Assembly: GCA_951406725.2 (NCBI GenBank)
Contig: OX597814.1
Location: forward strand, 180,048,001-180,112,000
Length of the DNA: 64,000 bases
Origin: Octopus vulgaris
Lineage: Eukaryota
Reading direction: 5' to 3'
Positions within the stretch are counted from its first letter, which is position 1. The number at the start of each line of letters is the position of its first letter. A program made the translations under genes and the position numbers. Below are positions 51,368 to 64,000 of the stretch, in pieces. Under the pieces are notes generated by a model that ran no database searches, had not been told where the DNA came from, and worked only from the letters and a program-made list of their open reading frames with translations.

Positions 51368-51587
51368 CTGGTTCATTTCAAAATCGACTGAAGTGATACT
51401 AAATGTGAAATAATTCTTTATATCTTTTACTCTTCCACTTTTATCTTTCCATTCTTTTTCTTTCCTATTCTCTTGTTCTGAGAGATGAAGGACCTACGCC
51501 CGAAACATCAGACACACCAATTTCTTTATGCATAAACGCAATTACAGTATATAATAACTCGTCTTTCATAGAATGATTGCAAGAATG

Positions 51588-51676
<89 letters not shown>

Positions 51677-51857
51677 GTATTTATAATTATTTGTCCAAGA
51701 AATATGACACTGATTTTGAAGTTTTTCTACTAACTTGCTTTTCGATTTTGTGGGGAATGGAGTGGAGAAAAAGAAATTGGTTGTGAAGTTTAAAATATCA
51801 AATAGTAAAGGAATAAATTGCGATAGATCGAGTACAAATAATATCGATAATTTTCTA

Positions 51858-52630
51858 GCATGGCTGTGTAGTTGAGAAGTCGGTTTCGCAATCTCATAGT
51901 GTCGGGCTCAGCCACACTCTGCCTTCCCTATGAATGTATTTGCTAGAGGGAAATTGTGCAGAAGCCCTCACACACACAGACTCATACAATCATAACCATA
52001 TGTGTGTGTGTGTGTGCGTGCGTGTCCAATTAGCGTGTTTGTATGTCTGCATATATATGCATGTGTGTGTGGTGTCATGGTTATGTTTGTCTCTTACCGC
52101 TAGTCAACCGATATAAGTTTATTTATATCCCCGTAATTCAGCGTATTACCAAATAGACTCTGAGACCACCTTCGGTCACGACACAGACCATGGGATTAAA
52201 CCTAGAAAGTTACCCTCCCAGGCACAAGTCCGGGCAAGATCGTTTATGGAAGACCATCGGTCGCCCATGCATACCGGCCTCCCCTCTCCACGCCACCAGT
52301 GTTATCCAAGGGAAAGGCAAAGGCCAATACATCTTGGCACCTGTCACGTCGCATCTCATTTCTACAGCTGAGTGAACGTGACAAAAAGTGTCTTGCTCAA
52401 GAACACAACACGCAGCCCGGTCCGGTATTCGAGCTCACAACCTCACGATCGTAAGCTCGACACTCTAACCACTGAGCCATGCGCCTTCGCCAAATAGACT
52501 AATAGAACAAATACTGAACTTTAAATCAATACTGGGGTCGATTTGATCGACTAAAAATCTCTTCAAATTCGTTTCCTCGTCATAGCTGCTGCAATCCAGT
52601 GAGTGAAACAAGTAAAAGAATGAAGGAATT
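51858..52630 (+). mobile_element. Very old SINE A copy interrupted by SINE C
   Basis: GCATGGCTGTGTAGTTGAG head; TSD CCAAATAGACT around the inserted SINE C. Confidence 0.6.
52161..52490 (-). mobile_element. SINE family C
   Basis: High similarity to 22514-22860. Confidence 0.88.
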
Positions 52631-53089
52631 AAAGAACAGGGGATATAATATTGACGAACAGAGATAATAGGAATAGGGTTGTATTCAGCATTTGTTAAAA
52701 GGGAGAGACGGGAGAAGAATAACGAGGGTATACAGGTTTAGGTTGAAACAGATTTTCTCTGTCGGAGCAGCGTAATCCACATATAACACTTTGGATTAGT
52801 TTTAAATGAAGGCTGAAAGACTAGGTTGATCTAAGCCAATGCTCTGCAACCGGTATGGAGACGATGTGAGGTGTACTGCAGTGTAGTCTGGATATATTTT
52901 TTTCCTATTCTTTTAGTTATATTTTTAGTTCAGGTGTGATGCCGAATTTTGAAAAGAATGTAGATGCACCACAAGGGAAAAAAGGTGGAGCACTGATCTA
53001 AGACGAATCTGTTTTCAAAATGAAAAAAAAAAAAAGAAAGAGAGAGAGAGAAAGAAAAAAAGTAAGATAAAATAAACACCACGAAACAG

Positions 53090-53760
53090 TTTGTCTACCA
53101 TCCTAATGATTCCACCGGTCCGACGCTTTTGGTTCTTTATTTTATCGGTCCTTGGACAAAATTGACCTCAACGGGATTTGAACTCAGAACGTACAGAATC
53201 AGAGCAATTCCCGCAAGGTGTTTTTGTCCAACGTTCTGAGGATTCCACCAATATGGCTCTGGACTAATATTTTATTTTAACCGCCCCTGAAGAATAAAAG
53301 GCAAAGCTGATCTCAGCCGGATTTGAACTTAAAACGTGAAGAGCCAGAGTAAGTACTGAAAGTAATGCTGTCCAACTCTCTAACAGTTCTACGAATCCAC
53401 CTAGTTGGGTTAGTATTATAGTCTATCAACATTTGAAGGACGGACAGTAAAATCTGAGATTCCAGCGGGATTTGAACTCAAAACGCAAAGAGCCGGAACA
53501 AACACTTCAAAGAATTTAACCAACATTCTAACGTTTCCGCCAGTCCACACCCCTCCCATGATTCTTTATAAACCTCCGAAGCTGACCTCAGCGAGATTTG
53601 AACTCAGAAGGTAAAAACCAGAAGAAATACTGAAAGAATGTTGACCAACGCTGTAATCATTATACTTATTCTGTCAGTTCACAGCTGTTGTACTGACTGC
53701 CCTTGGACGAATGAAAAGCACAATTGAGATTTGAGATAGATTTGAACACAGAATGTAAAG
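53090..53760 (-). repeat. Head-to-tail run of ~5 degenerate SINE B heads
   Basis: GATTTGAAC(T/A)(C/T)A recurs at about 53175, 53320, 53470, 53596 and 53739. Confidence 0.65.
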
Positions 53761-54239
53761 ATTTGTTATTAAAACATCGCCAGTTATTTTATCTTCTCAC
53801 TCTGGAAAGTTTTACCGTATCGCATTTGTTATGTGTGGTACGAAATAGTATATGGGAAAATGGATATTTTTCCGATTCTTACAAGAGTATTGAAACAACC
53901 CAAATACCGTATACATCTGGGCGTGTATATGCGCCTGTAAGAATGGATGTATTTCTGAGTGCGTATTTGTATATGTGAACGTATGTGTGTGTATGCGGCG
54001 GAGGGGAATATGTGAGTGTGTATCCGTGTGTGTTTTGCTTCTGTAAACGTATTTTGACATTTGTTACTCTGTGTACACTGTACACAAAGAAGCATGAGTC
54101 ATTAGAACGTTGGTAACCGTACACTAAAACAGCAGTTTACCGGGTTGACATATTTCATTTATAGGTAGAGCAGATGCTAGGATTGGGAAGGGGTTTACAT
54201 GTTTAGGGTGATGTTAGTAGGAACGTTGATTGATCTGAG

Positions 54240-54862
54240 GGTGGTAGTAGTGGTGGTGGTGGTGGTGGTGGTGGTGGTGGTGGTGGTGGTGGTATTGGTG
54301 GTCGTGGAGATATTGGTGGTGGTGGTGGTGGTGGTGGTATTGGTGGTGGTGGTGGTGGTGGTGGTGGTGGTGGTATTGGTGGTCGTGGTGGTGGTGGTAT
54401 TGGTGGTATTGGTGGTCGTGGTCGTGGTATTTGGTGGTGGTGGTGGTATTGGTGGTCGTGGTGGTATGGTGGTGGTGGTGGTGGTGGTGGTGTTATTGGT
54501 GGTGGTATTAGTGGTGGTATTGGTGGAGGTGGTGGTGGTGGTGGTGTGGTGGTTTATTGGTGGTCGTGGTGGTCGTGTTGGTGGTATTGGTGGAGGTGGT
54601 GGTGGTATTGGTGGTCGTGGTCGTGGTATTGGTGGTCGTGGTGGTATTGGTGGTGGTCGTGGTCGTGGTGGTATTGGTGGTCGTGGTGGTATTGGTGGTG
54701 GTGGTGGTGGTGATGGTGGCGTGGTGGTCGTGGTGGTCGTGGTAGTGGTGGTGGTAATGGTGGTTTATTGGTGGTCGTGGTGGTGGTATTGGTGGAGGTG
54801 GTAGTATTGGTGGTGGTGGTAGTGGTGGTATTGGTGGTGGTGGTATTGGTGGTGGTGGTGGT
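54240..54862. repeat. (GGT)n-based low-complexity repeat with ATT/CGT variants
   Basis: Direct read. Confidence 0.95.
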
Positions 54863-55483
54863 GACGGTTGTGTTTATAGCGACGTTAGTGATATGGTTGG
54901 TGTTGGTTGGTCTCTTCCTAATTGCTTTAGCCTATTCAGCTGCTACAATTATCCATGTCCCATGCAATTATTCTTGGTTTCCTAACCAACGATACAGGCC
55001 AGGAACCGTTCATATTTCTGCGCAACAATAAATGATACTTAAACTGATACACGCCCCCCCCTCCACACACACACATACAGATGCGCGCGCACCCACCCAC
55101 AGACATACACTTACGAATATACACACACACACACAAACATATATATAAGCATATATATTTTAAAGCAAACTTGAGTGCATCTGAATGTGTGTGCGTGTAG
55201 GTATGTCTAGATGTATGTGTATATACGTCTGATTTTGTGTGTATATATATGTATGTGTGTGTGCATGTACATACCCATACATATACATATGTATACATAT
55301 GTGTGCATTCATCTATACACCACCCACATATATATTTGTATGTGTATACACATGTGCATATATACATATATATGAATACATATGTATAATATATATGTGT
55401 GTATAAATACATACTTACCCTCACACACACACATGCATACACACATGCATACATGCATGTATATAAAAACATACATACATACA

Positions 55484-55514
<31 letters not shown>

Positions 55515-56029
55515 AGTATAGTACTGTATAGTTTAGTTTGAGTAAGTGGAACAACGTCTGTAACCTTTTCTTATCATCTCGCCCTCTTGTGGTACAACAG
55601 GGTGAGGTTTGAACTCTGAAATAGTTTCAGGGCAGAAAGAAAAATGAAATTGACAGAATACAGTAGTGTAATTGGTAGTGTGCAATTTCTTACATGATTA
55701 ATAAATTTATAAGTTCAATTTGTGGGAATTCAGCTTATACTTGATTACCTCCCAGCAACAAAAAAATTTCAAATACCTCCTATTAGTGGTGGATCGACAG
55801 ATTTGTTAGAATGTCGGACAAAATGACTTGCTGTGTTTTTTCCGACCCTTGACACTGACTGAGCTCAAATCTCACCGAGTACACCGAGTTTAGATTTGTT
55901 GTTCATCCCTATGTAGATAATAAAATAAATTAGTAGTTTAGTACTGAAATTCGATGTAATTGACTGACTAATCCTCAGTCTCAAATTCCAGGCCTTATTC
56001 CTATGTTAGAAATTATGGCTTACATTTGG

Positions 56030-57100
56030 TCATATCACCAAAGACTGTCTCTGGACTCTTTGTTTCAAGCCACAGTGATTATTGGAGTTTTTTTTACAAC
56101 TCTCAGACTTTCTAGGATAAAGTTTGAGTTTTTAATTGCTTTATTTCTATCATTCGTTTTCTTTATTCAAGAATTATAAGTGGGTACTGCAAAGGAGAGA
56201 TGTCAACATTCTCACTCTATTAGTTCTAATCAGTCAGCTCAGTTTATACAGCAGCCACAACTACCAATAGTTCTGATAACATCAACAATTTTCTACCCTA
56301 TTAATCTCATCTTTCTTGGGTGCAAGGAGCAGAGTTGTTCCTGTAACCCCATGTTTCGATCGACTTTTATGTTCTCATCTCCTTAAAGTGGATTTGGTTT
56401 CAAAAAACTTCATATCTTATTTTTCTATTGCTCACAATAACAGTGGTTCCAAATTTTGGTAAAAGACCAGCAATTTATGGTTGTGGTGGTGGGGAGATTA
56501 AGTCAATTACATTGACCCCAGTGCTCAACTGGTACTTATTTTATCGACCTCAAAAGAACGAAAGGTAAAGAATTTGAACTCGGAGCGTAAAGACGGATGA
56601 AATGTCGATAAGCATTTTGCCCGGTGAGCTAACGATTCTTATTTCTTTATTGCCCACTAGGGGCTAAACATAGACGGGACAAACAAAGACAGACAAAGGG
56701 ATTAAGTCGATTATATCGACCACAGTGCGTAACTGGTACTTAATTTATCAACCCCGAAAGGATGAAAGGCAAATGAAATGAATTTGAACTCAGAACGTAA
56801 CGTTTAGCTCATTTTATAGTGTAACAGTATTTTCTGGAGTTTGATAGCCATGGATACTTTGACATCATCGGTGTAACTCACTATTTTGGATGAGTTCACT
56901 TGTAATAGGTTGATGATAAATAATTATAGTCCTAGAACCGTTCCCTGAGGCTTACCACTTGTTACATTCCAGCAAGTCAAACTGCCATTCTCTGTGTTTT
57001 CGTGAGATACCAAGATCCATTAACTCATGACAGATGATTCCGTGAACAATCTTGTCGAAAGCATTAATAAAATCAAGGTATATACAGTCAATATCTTTTC
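56030..57100 (-). mobile_element. Decayed CR1-group LINE RT fragment interrupted by SINE B copies (56445-56800)
   Basis: Minus strand DIDCIYLDFINAFDKIVHG, VTSGKPQGTVLG, VSYTDDVKVSMAI. Confidence 0.72.
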
Positions 57101-57364
57101 CTCTCAATAGATTATTAGGAATAGTGTTATGGTACTGTAATAGTTGTGAAATGCAACTTCATCCGGTCCCAAAACCGTGATGTATATCATGTACGAGATT
57201 GTTTTGCACAAGGCATGTACTAATTCTATTTCAGACAATGCATTTGTTAGTGTAAATGTGTGAAATGTGAGAGATGCAGATTTGTAATTCATAGCTTCAT
57301 CCCCGCTACTTTCCTTTGTGTATAGTTGTTACTGTTGTGTCATTTAATAGCGCTGGGAATTCGC

Positions 57365-57414
<50 letters not shown>

Positions 57415-57416
<2 letters not shown>

Positions 57417-57510
57417 CGAGTTACGCCGACGATGTCAAAATATTCATGGCTATCCAAACTCCCCAAAATACTGTCACAGCCCAAAATGAGCTAAACCTCA
57501 TTCATCAATT
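57415..57510 (+). mobile_element. Short CR1-group RT YADD fragment, opposite orientation to 56800-56880
   Basis: ASYADDVKIFMAIQTPQNTVTAQNELNLIHQ. Confidence 0.65.
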
Positions 57511-57682
57511 GTTAGGTTGTTTGTTTTAGAGGGAATACACACAAATCGCAATAATAGTGGGTTTTTTCTCTAATTTATATATTACATATTTATATAGTGA
57601 AATTTGATTTAATACTAAATTGAATTCTTCCCTGTAAGTTTAGAGTTATACTCCCTAATATTCTTCGTCTTCTTCTTCTTAT

Positions 57683-57779
<97 letters not shown>

Positions 57780-57940
57780 CGTATTTTTGCCATTTCAATA
57801 TGGCTAACCCCTAAGGGTGGATGCTACTGTAGTTTTTAGCCCCAGGAGGACACACTCCTCCAGCTGGCCATAGACACACTTTCTGTGTCCTGTCAGTATT
57901 TGCAAAGGGAAGTCATCCTTCCCGCCTTCAACTTATGATA

Positions 57941-57985
57941 CACACGGACTCGAGTTTCGAGGTATTGACCTCTCGTCAGCGTGTG
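57941..57985 (-). ncRNA. Type I hammerhead ribozyme (unit 1)
   Basis: CACACG-CUGACGA-GAGG UCAAUA CCUC-GAAA-CUCGA-GUC|CGUGUG; all conserved core nucleotides present; predicted cleavage 57947/57946. Confidence 0.92.
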
Positions 57986-58293
57986 ACAATCATAGTTGTC
58001 GGTGAGAATTAGATTTCCTTCACAAATACTTATACTTTTTCCAGCGTCCACTGTCGCTGATATTGAAAAAGTGAAATCAATCAATGATAAATATCAAAGT
58101 GAGTTATATACAGTAGCGGTAACACATCGTGACGTATTTTTGCCATTTCAATATGGCTAACCCCTAAGGGTGGATGCTACTGTAGTTTTTAGCCCCAGGA
58201 GGACACACTCCTCCAGCTGGCCATAGACACACTTTCTGTGTCCTGTCAGTATTTGCAAAGGGAAGTCATCCTTCCCGCCTTCAACTTATGATA

Positions 58294-58338
58294 CACACGG
58301 ACTCGAGTTTCGAGGTATTGACCTCTCGTCAGCGTGTG
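58294..58338 (-). ncRNA. Type I hammerhead ribozyme (unit 2)
   Basis: Identical to the unit 1 motif. Confidence 0.92.
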
Positions 58339-58646
58339 ACAATCATAGTTGTCGGCGAGAATTAGATTTCCTTCACAAATACTTATACTTTTTCCAGCGT
58401 CCACTGTCGCTGATATTGAAAAAGTGAAATCAATCAATGATAAATATCAAAGTGAGTTATATACAGTAGCGGTAACACATCGTGACGTATTTTTGCCATT
58501 TCAATATGGCTAACCCCTAAGGGTGGATGCTACTGTAGTTTTTAGCCCCAGGAGGACACACTCCTCCAGCTGGCCATAGACACACTTTCTGTGTCCTGTC
58601 AGTATTTGCAAAGGGAAGTCATCCTTCCCGCCTTCAACTTACGATA

Positions 58647-58691
58647 CACACGGACTCGAGTTTCGAGGTATTGACCTCTCGTCAGCGTGTG
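58647..58691 (-). ncRNA. Type I hammerhead ribozyme (unit 3)
   Basis: Identical core. Confidence 0.92.
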
Positions 58692-58999
58692 ACAATCATA
58701 GTTGTCGGCGAGAATTAGATTTCCTTCACAAATACTTATACTTTTTCCAGCGTCCACTGTCGCTGATATTGAAAAAGTGAAATCAATCAATGATAAATAT
58801 CAAAGTGAGTTATATACAGTAGCGGTAACACATCGTGACGTATTTTTGCCATTTCAATATGGCTAACCCCTAAGGGTGGATGCTACTGTAGTTTTTAGCC
58901 CCAGGAGGACACACTCCTCCAGCTGGCCATAGACACACTTTCTGTGTCCTGTCAGTATTTGCAAAGGGAAGTCATCCTTCCCGCCTTCAACTTATGATA

Positions 59000-59044
59000 C
59001 ACACGGACTCGAGTTTCGAGGTATTGACCTCTCGTCAGCGTGTG
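59000..59044 (-). ncRNA. Type I hammerhead ribozyme (unit 4)
   Basis: Identical core. Confidence 0.92.
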
Positions 59045-59351
59045 ACAATCATAGTTGTCGGCGAGAATTAGATTTCCTTCACAAATACTTATACTTTTTC
59101 CAGCGTCCACTGTCGCTGATATTGAAAAAGTGAAATCAATCAATGATAAATATCAAAGTGAGTTATATACAGTAGCGGTAACACATCGTGACGTATTTTT
59201 GCCATTTCAATATGGCTAACCCCTAAGGGTGGATGCTACTGTAGTTTTTAGCCCCAGGAGGACACACTCCTCCAGCTGGCCATAGACACACTTTCTGTGT
59301 CCTGTCAGTATTTGCAAAGGAAGTCATCCTTCCCGCCTTCAACTTATGATA

Positions 59352-59396
59352 CACACGGACTCGAGTTTCGAGGTATTGACCTCTCGTCAGCGTGTG
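59352..59396 (-). ncRNA. Type I hammerhead ribozyme (unit 5)
   Basis: Identical core. Confidence 0.92.
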
Positions 59397-59582
59397 ACAA
59401 TCATAGTTGTCGGCGAGAATTAGATTTCCTTCACAAATACTTATACTTTTTCCAGCGTCCACTGTCGCTGATATTGAAAAAGTGAAATCAATCAATGATA
59501 AATATCAAAGTGAGTTATATACAGTAGCGGTAACACATCGTGACGTATTTTTGCCATTTCAATATGGCTAACACCAATATGG

Positions 59583-59726
<144 letters not shown>

Positions 59727-60319
59727 ATTTGTGTGTGTGTGTGTATACAGGGCGAGTCCAAAGTAGCGCCTAGATTCTGGGAATTCATGCCTTTGTTGTC
59801 TTACAGGTTATTAATGACAGTTTAAAAAGTTAGTGATTCTGGATTACGTATTATACATATATGTATTCGATGGCCGTCCACTGGTGACCGAGGAAGACTA
59901 TTGCTGACCTTCAGGAACATTGTGCGCTCTAGGACTAACTTATATTTTGCATTTGCGGTTCTGTTGATGGCTAATGAGCCCTGCACTTGACAAGCATAAA
60001 CGACTGCAAACATTGTAGACCAAGCTTTCCTCATTCACTACACCAGCCGTGCTCTTTCGTGCAGCACGCTAAAGTTCTTCACGCTAGATACGTGCTCTCG
60101 CAAAAGTGTCGACCCCCTCCTTAACCTGCTTCCTCTATCTGTGGCGATGACAGGCATTGTTCCCCCAGTCAGTTCCCGGGAAAGCGGGCGTTTCCTATTG
60201 GTTCTGTTCTCATAATTGTTTCGCTAATCCAGTAACAACAATGCAAAGTATGTAGCCCTTAAAACGGTTTTTTATACTTATTGAGAATACTGAACTGTCT
60301 TACATAAGATCTTGTTTTT

Positions 60320-61054
60320 AGGAATTCCTAATAAGTTATGAATACCCAAATTGTGAAATCAGTTACGTAGTAACATGAAATTAATTACCCTATAGTAAGA
60401 ATTCAAATAAAGTAGCCCCGAAAAGGGCTTTAATACGTTCCCAGAGTTATAGATTTTAGGAGGAAATACTAATAAGGTATGTATACTAAAATCGTGAAAC
60501 ATGTTACGTAATAACAGGCTAATTAGATATGAGATAACAATTCAAAGTAAATAACTCTGAAAAGGGCTTTTGTGCATTCACAAAGAATATTACCCTCAGC
60601 AGCGCTAGTGTTGGTATAGTCGTGAATAAGTCATTAACTGAAATATGTGGATCTATTGTTTAGGAGAATACCCTTTACTTGTTTAAGCGTTGTACTGGGT
60701 AAATTGAGAAAATAACTAAAATAGTTCAAATACTAAGAAATAAGCATACTGAAAGTGAATGGGTTATTTCCTTTGGAAGCTTAAATATAATTACTCCTGC
60801 CGTTCACTTGAGCCCAAATGTTTTTCCTCCCGACGTTTACCCGAAATTTTTTCGAAATCAATTTATACTTAAAACCTCCTCAGCAATGTGGGTGTGCACT
60901 TGAAACATCGGTCAAGCCGTTTTGGCACAAAACGAGAACATACCGATACGCACACATATAATCTTACATATTAAAACTGAAAATGCCTGGTCTGTGAGTG
61001 TGTGTGTGTGTGTATCGGTATGTCCTCGTTTTGTGCCAAAACGGCTTGACCGAT
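60320..61054. mobile_element. Helitron-like non-autonomous pieces with internal ~140-bp imperfect tandem repeat and 43-bp inverted duplication
   Basis: Repeat units start at about 60321 and 60462. ATCGGTCAAGCCGTTTTGGCACAAAACGAG..ATACCGATAC (60907-60949) is inverted at 61012-61054. TCTTACATATTAAAACTG at about 60962 resembles a Helitron 5' end. Confidence 0.5.
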
Positions 61055-61144
61055 ATATATATGTATATATACCAGAAACTGGGCGCCACTTTGGACATAC
61101 ACACACACAAATATATGAGTATACATACATACATACATATGTGA

Positions 61145-61402
61145 GCGTTCAGCTTTTGCCGTGATCAAATGCTTATAGTGATCAAATGTATGTACCGTGC
61201 ATTAGCTCACTCTCTCCATCAAATACAGCGTGTACCTGAACAGGTGCACGCTGTACCACACGCCAGGCGTGGAAGTGACCGCAAAGCAACATGTGATGAA
61301 GTGTTTTGCTCAAGAACACAATGCACCACCTAGTCTAGGAATTGAAACCACGATCTCACGATTGTGTGCGCAACACCCTAACCACTAGGCGATGCGTCTT
61401 CA
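61145..61402 (-). mobile_element. SINE C-related old copy
   Basis: GTGTTTTGCTCAAGAACACAA..GAATTGAAACCACGATCTCACG..CTAACCACTAGGCGATGCGTCTTCA. Confidence 0.65.
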
Positions 61403-61410
61403 TACACACA

Positions 61411-61446
<36 letters not shown>

Positions 61447-61744
61447 TGCATGCATGTATGTATGTATGTATGTATGTATGTATGTATGTATGTATGTATG
61501 TATGTATGTATGTATGTGTCTGTGTGCGTGTGTGTGCGCGCGCGTGTGTGTGTGTGTCCCCTTTTATCTTTTATGTCTCCCTATTTTAGTTAGTTATCTT
61601 ATAATGAAGACCTAATTCCATTGCCGCATGTGGTTTCCTTTCCCACATAATTAATAGGCGATCTATTATTCCTGACCCTGGTATTTCACATTTGATTACA
61701 GTTCTTTATTCTTACTGCTGTTATCATCATCATCATCATCATCA

Positions 61745-61806
<62 letters not shown>

Positions 61807-62154
61807 AGTCCTTTCAAAATATTATTTTTGTTGTTGTTGTTGTGATTATTTTCTATGATCTCCGCCCCTATCCTAATTTCCTGGGTCCGTCCTGTTCCTG
61901 TTTTCTCTTACATATAGACTGGAACTAAGCCGATTGCATTCACCAATCTCAGAATATTATTGATACTGACGTTGGTGAGATGAAAATCGAAACAAATCTA
62001 TCACAGTGTTATTTCAACTAGGAGTGTTAGTGGAAGCCGAAACTAAAAACTATAATACGTTGAATAAACCTCACAGTTCTAGTTGCTTTTACTCTTGCAG
62101 TTGTTTGACTCCAGGTCATCCCTTGTGGAACTTACCTGACTTGTAGCTGTCATC

Positions 62155-62333
62155 TTTTACTTCTTTCAGTCATTGGACTGCGGCACCGCTGGAGAAACGT
62201 TTTAAAGGCTTTAGTCAAATCGACCCCGGGACTCATTCTATCGGCCTTTTTTTTTTTACCGAACTGCCATTTTACGATGCCATACACAAACCAACGCCGG
62301 TTTACCAGCATTGGTAGTGGACAAACACGTGAC

Positions 62334-62428
<95 letters not shown>

Positions 62429-62645
62429 TGTGTATGTGTGTGTTTGTCTTTACTGATAGCTAGCTACTTAGACAGACAGACAGACAGAAAGACAGATAGA
62501 TGAGCTTCAACACAGATTCTGTCTACGAAATTCAGTCACAAGGCATTGGTCGATTCGAGTGCATAGTAGAAGACACCCAAGGTGCCGCGCAGTGGTACTG
62601 AACCCCAAACCACATAGTTAAGAAATTAGCTTTTAACCACGCCTA
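62155..62645 (-). mobile_element. SINE family A, old
   Basis: TTTCAGTCATTGGACTGCGGC tail and CAAGGCATTGGTCG..AGTAGAAGACAC..ACTGAACCC head remnants. Confidence 0.7.
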
Positions 62646-64000
62646 TGTTCAAAGGTATCATTCTAGCCGTGTCCATCACATCTCATCAGATACATTTCCA
62701 TACCATCCTTCTTTCAATCAAAGACGATAGAATGTGAATTGAAGGTGATCTGGCTGTCACTTCTAGAGGTAGGACGACAGCAAATAGGCTCCCTAACTAC
62801 TTTGTTGCTGAGTTTTACTGGCACAGTTGTTTAGGTGGAGCCCTTCCAGAATGTCCTGATCCCTAAAATAAATTTCTTAGTGAAGAAGTCTAAAACTTAT
62901 GGGCGTTTATTCATCTCATATTAACCTTTATGTTGTCGTTTAAATCTCAAACTATATGGTCGCCATTTTAAAGTAAATACTTTGCTGAGAGAGAAAGAAA
63001 GAGAGAGAGAGAGGGAGAGAGAGAGAGAGAGAGAGATGGCAGAGAGAGGGAGAGAGATAGTAGAGAGAGGGAGAGAGAAAGACGCCTAGCTTTAGAGACT
63101 GAGTCATTTCTACAGTTCATTTGTTGACTTTTTCGAGTAATTGTTATCGGGAATTGTTATTGCTTTTCTTGTTATTGGTGGTAGGATGTTTAGCCCTAGG
63201 TGGTCCAGGATAAGCGGACTTATAGTCAAATGTGTTCCAGCCATGATCACTCAGTTTATTTCTAACCGTTATGTACCGCAGACTAGGCGTGTTTTTACTT
63301 GAAGATGATTGCATGTGGTTCGAAGAAGCTCGAGCCGCTTTTTCAAGCAGGTCGGGCAAAAAAGTAACAAAACCACTTTTCCTCTGACAGGTTGAGTTTA
63401 TTATAAGATATGAAACCTTAAATAATTGACGCAGTAACGCTTCATTGTTCATAAAGAAATGGCAATAAAAGGGTTACACGATATAAAATTACTATGACTG
63501 ATTTCATTTAAGTCTGCCATAAACTGAATTTGATATGTTCATATAAGATCAAGCAATTAACGAATGTCCAAGAGATTTTATAGACCAGAACTTAAAACTG
63601 CACTCATTCAACCATGTGGTTTAACCGCACAGATTAATTTAATTAAGCTCCTGGCAGCTGATTTGATGCCTGACTTTTATAAAAATCAGAAACAGATTCA
63701 CCGTAGACAACGCTTTCAAGTATCAGCAACAGTCAAGACATCTCGTCTGAAACAAATCATCATCATTAACAATGTTATCGTTGTCATCGCCGTCATATCA
63801 TCATCATCATGCTACCACCCAAAGTTTTAAACACTGTTATTCCTATCATTGTTAAACATTTTTTCTTTCTTTTTTCATGTGGGGAGTCGTTTAAACACAA
63901 TGTTCTAACTTCCAATTTTTTTTTCTCCATTCGCTCTCAACATTCCCCAGTCAGAGGCATTTAATTGTGGGGCTCAAGTCATTTGATGGTGGGAGGTAGA

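Noticed and set aside
51477-51514. HHR-like GATGAAGGACCTACGCCCGAAACATCAGA
   Set aside because: The core is disrupted and stem II is mismatched; it is possibly a PLE remnant but too degenerate to call.
54199-54804. Gly/Arg-rich (RGG-like) protein ORF
   Set aside because: Frame artefact of a (GGT)n repeat; no supporting exon context.
57893-59495. Repeated 63-aa ORF MIDFTFSISATVDAGK.. as a tandem gene array
   Set aside because: It is simply the minus frame of the 353-bp repeat, has a non-ATG start, overlaps the ribozyme and has no recognisable domain.
59748-60260. Tc1/mariner-like element starting TACAGGGCGAGTCC
   Set aside because: No matching opposite TIR or transposase motif was found.
63144-63452. 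102-aa ORF
   Set aside because: It overlaps the old dispersed repeat and has no domain signal.

Overview
This is a eukaryotic, AT-rich, microsatellite-saturated non-coding window. The SINE families look like those of an octopus-type cephalopod genome, which is an inference from repeat content. No intact host gene is visible; there is one plausible 120-bp internal exon at 11507-11626. Most predicted ORFs are microsatellite or SINE artefacts. The real content is: at least four tRNA-derived SINE families (more than 30 copies); decayed LINEs (R4/Dong-like with restriction-like endonuclease, CR1-group, RTE); a near full-length but broken Penelope-like element (RT + GIY-YIG, 33560-35839); two mariner relics; a Tigger/pogo relic; Helitron pieces; and several MITEs. 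The main finding is a very young tandem array at 57776-59584: five units of about 353 bp plus a partial sixth, inserted in (TA)n. Every unit carries a canonical type I hammerhead ribozyme (HHR) on the minus strand, so the array looks like a non-LTR retrozyme, i.e. a circular-RNA-templated element. At least six other short inserts, mostly in or next to (TA)n, also carry HHR folds and show Penelope-style terminal direct or inverted repeats. Two of them have the compensatory U3:A8 core. Together these suggest a diversified HHR-retroelement system that may borrow the Penelope-like RT. All coordinates were read by eye; boundaries of old repeats are approximate.
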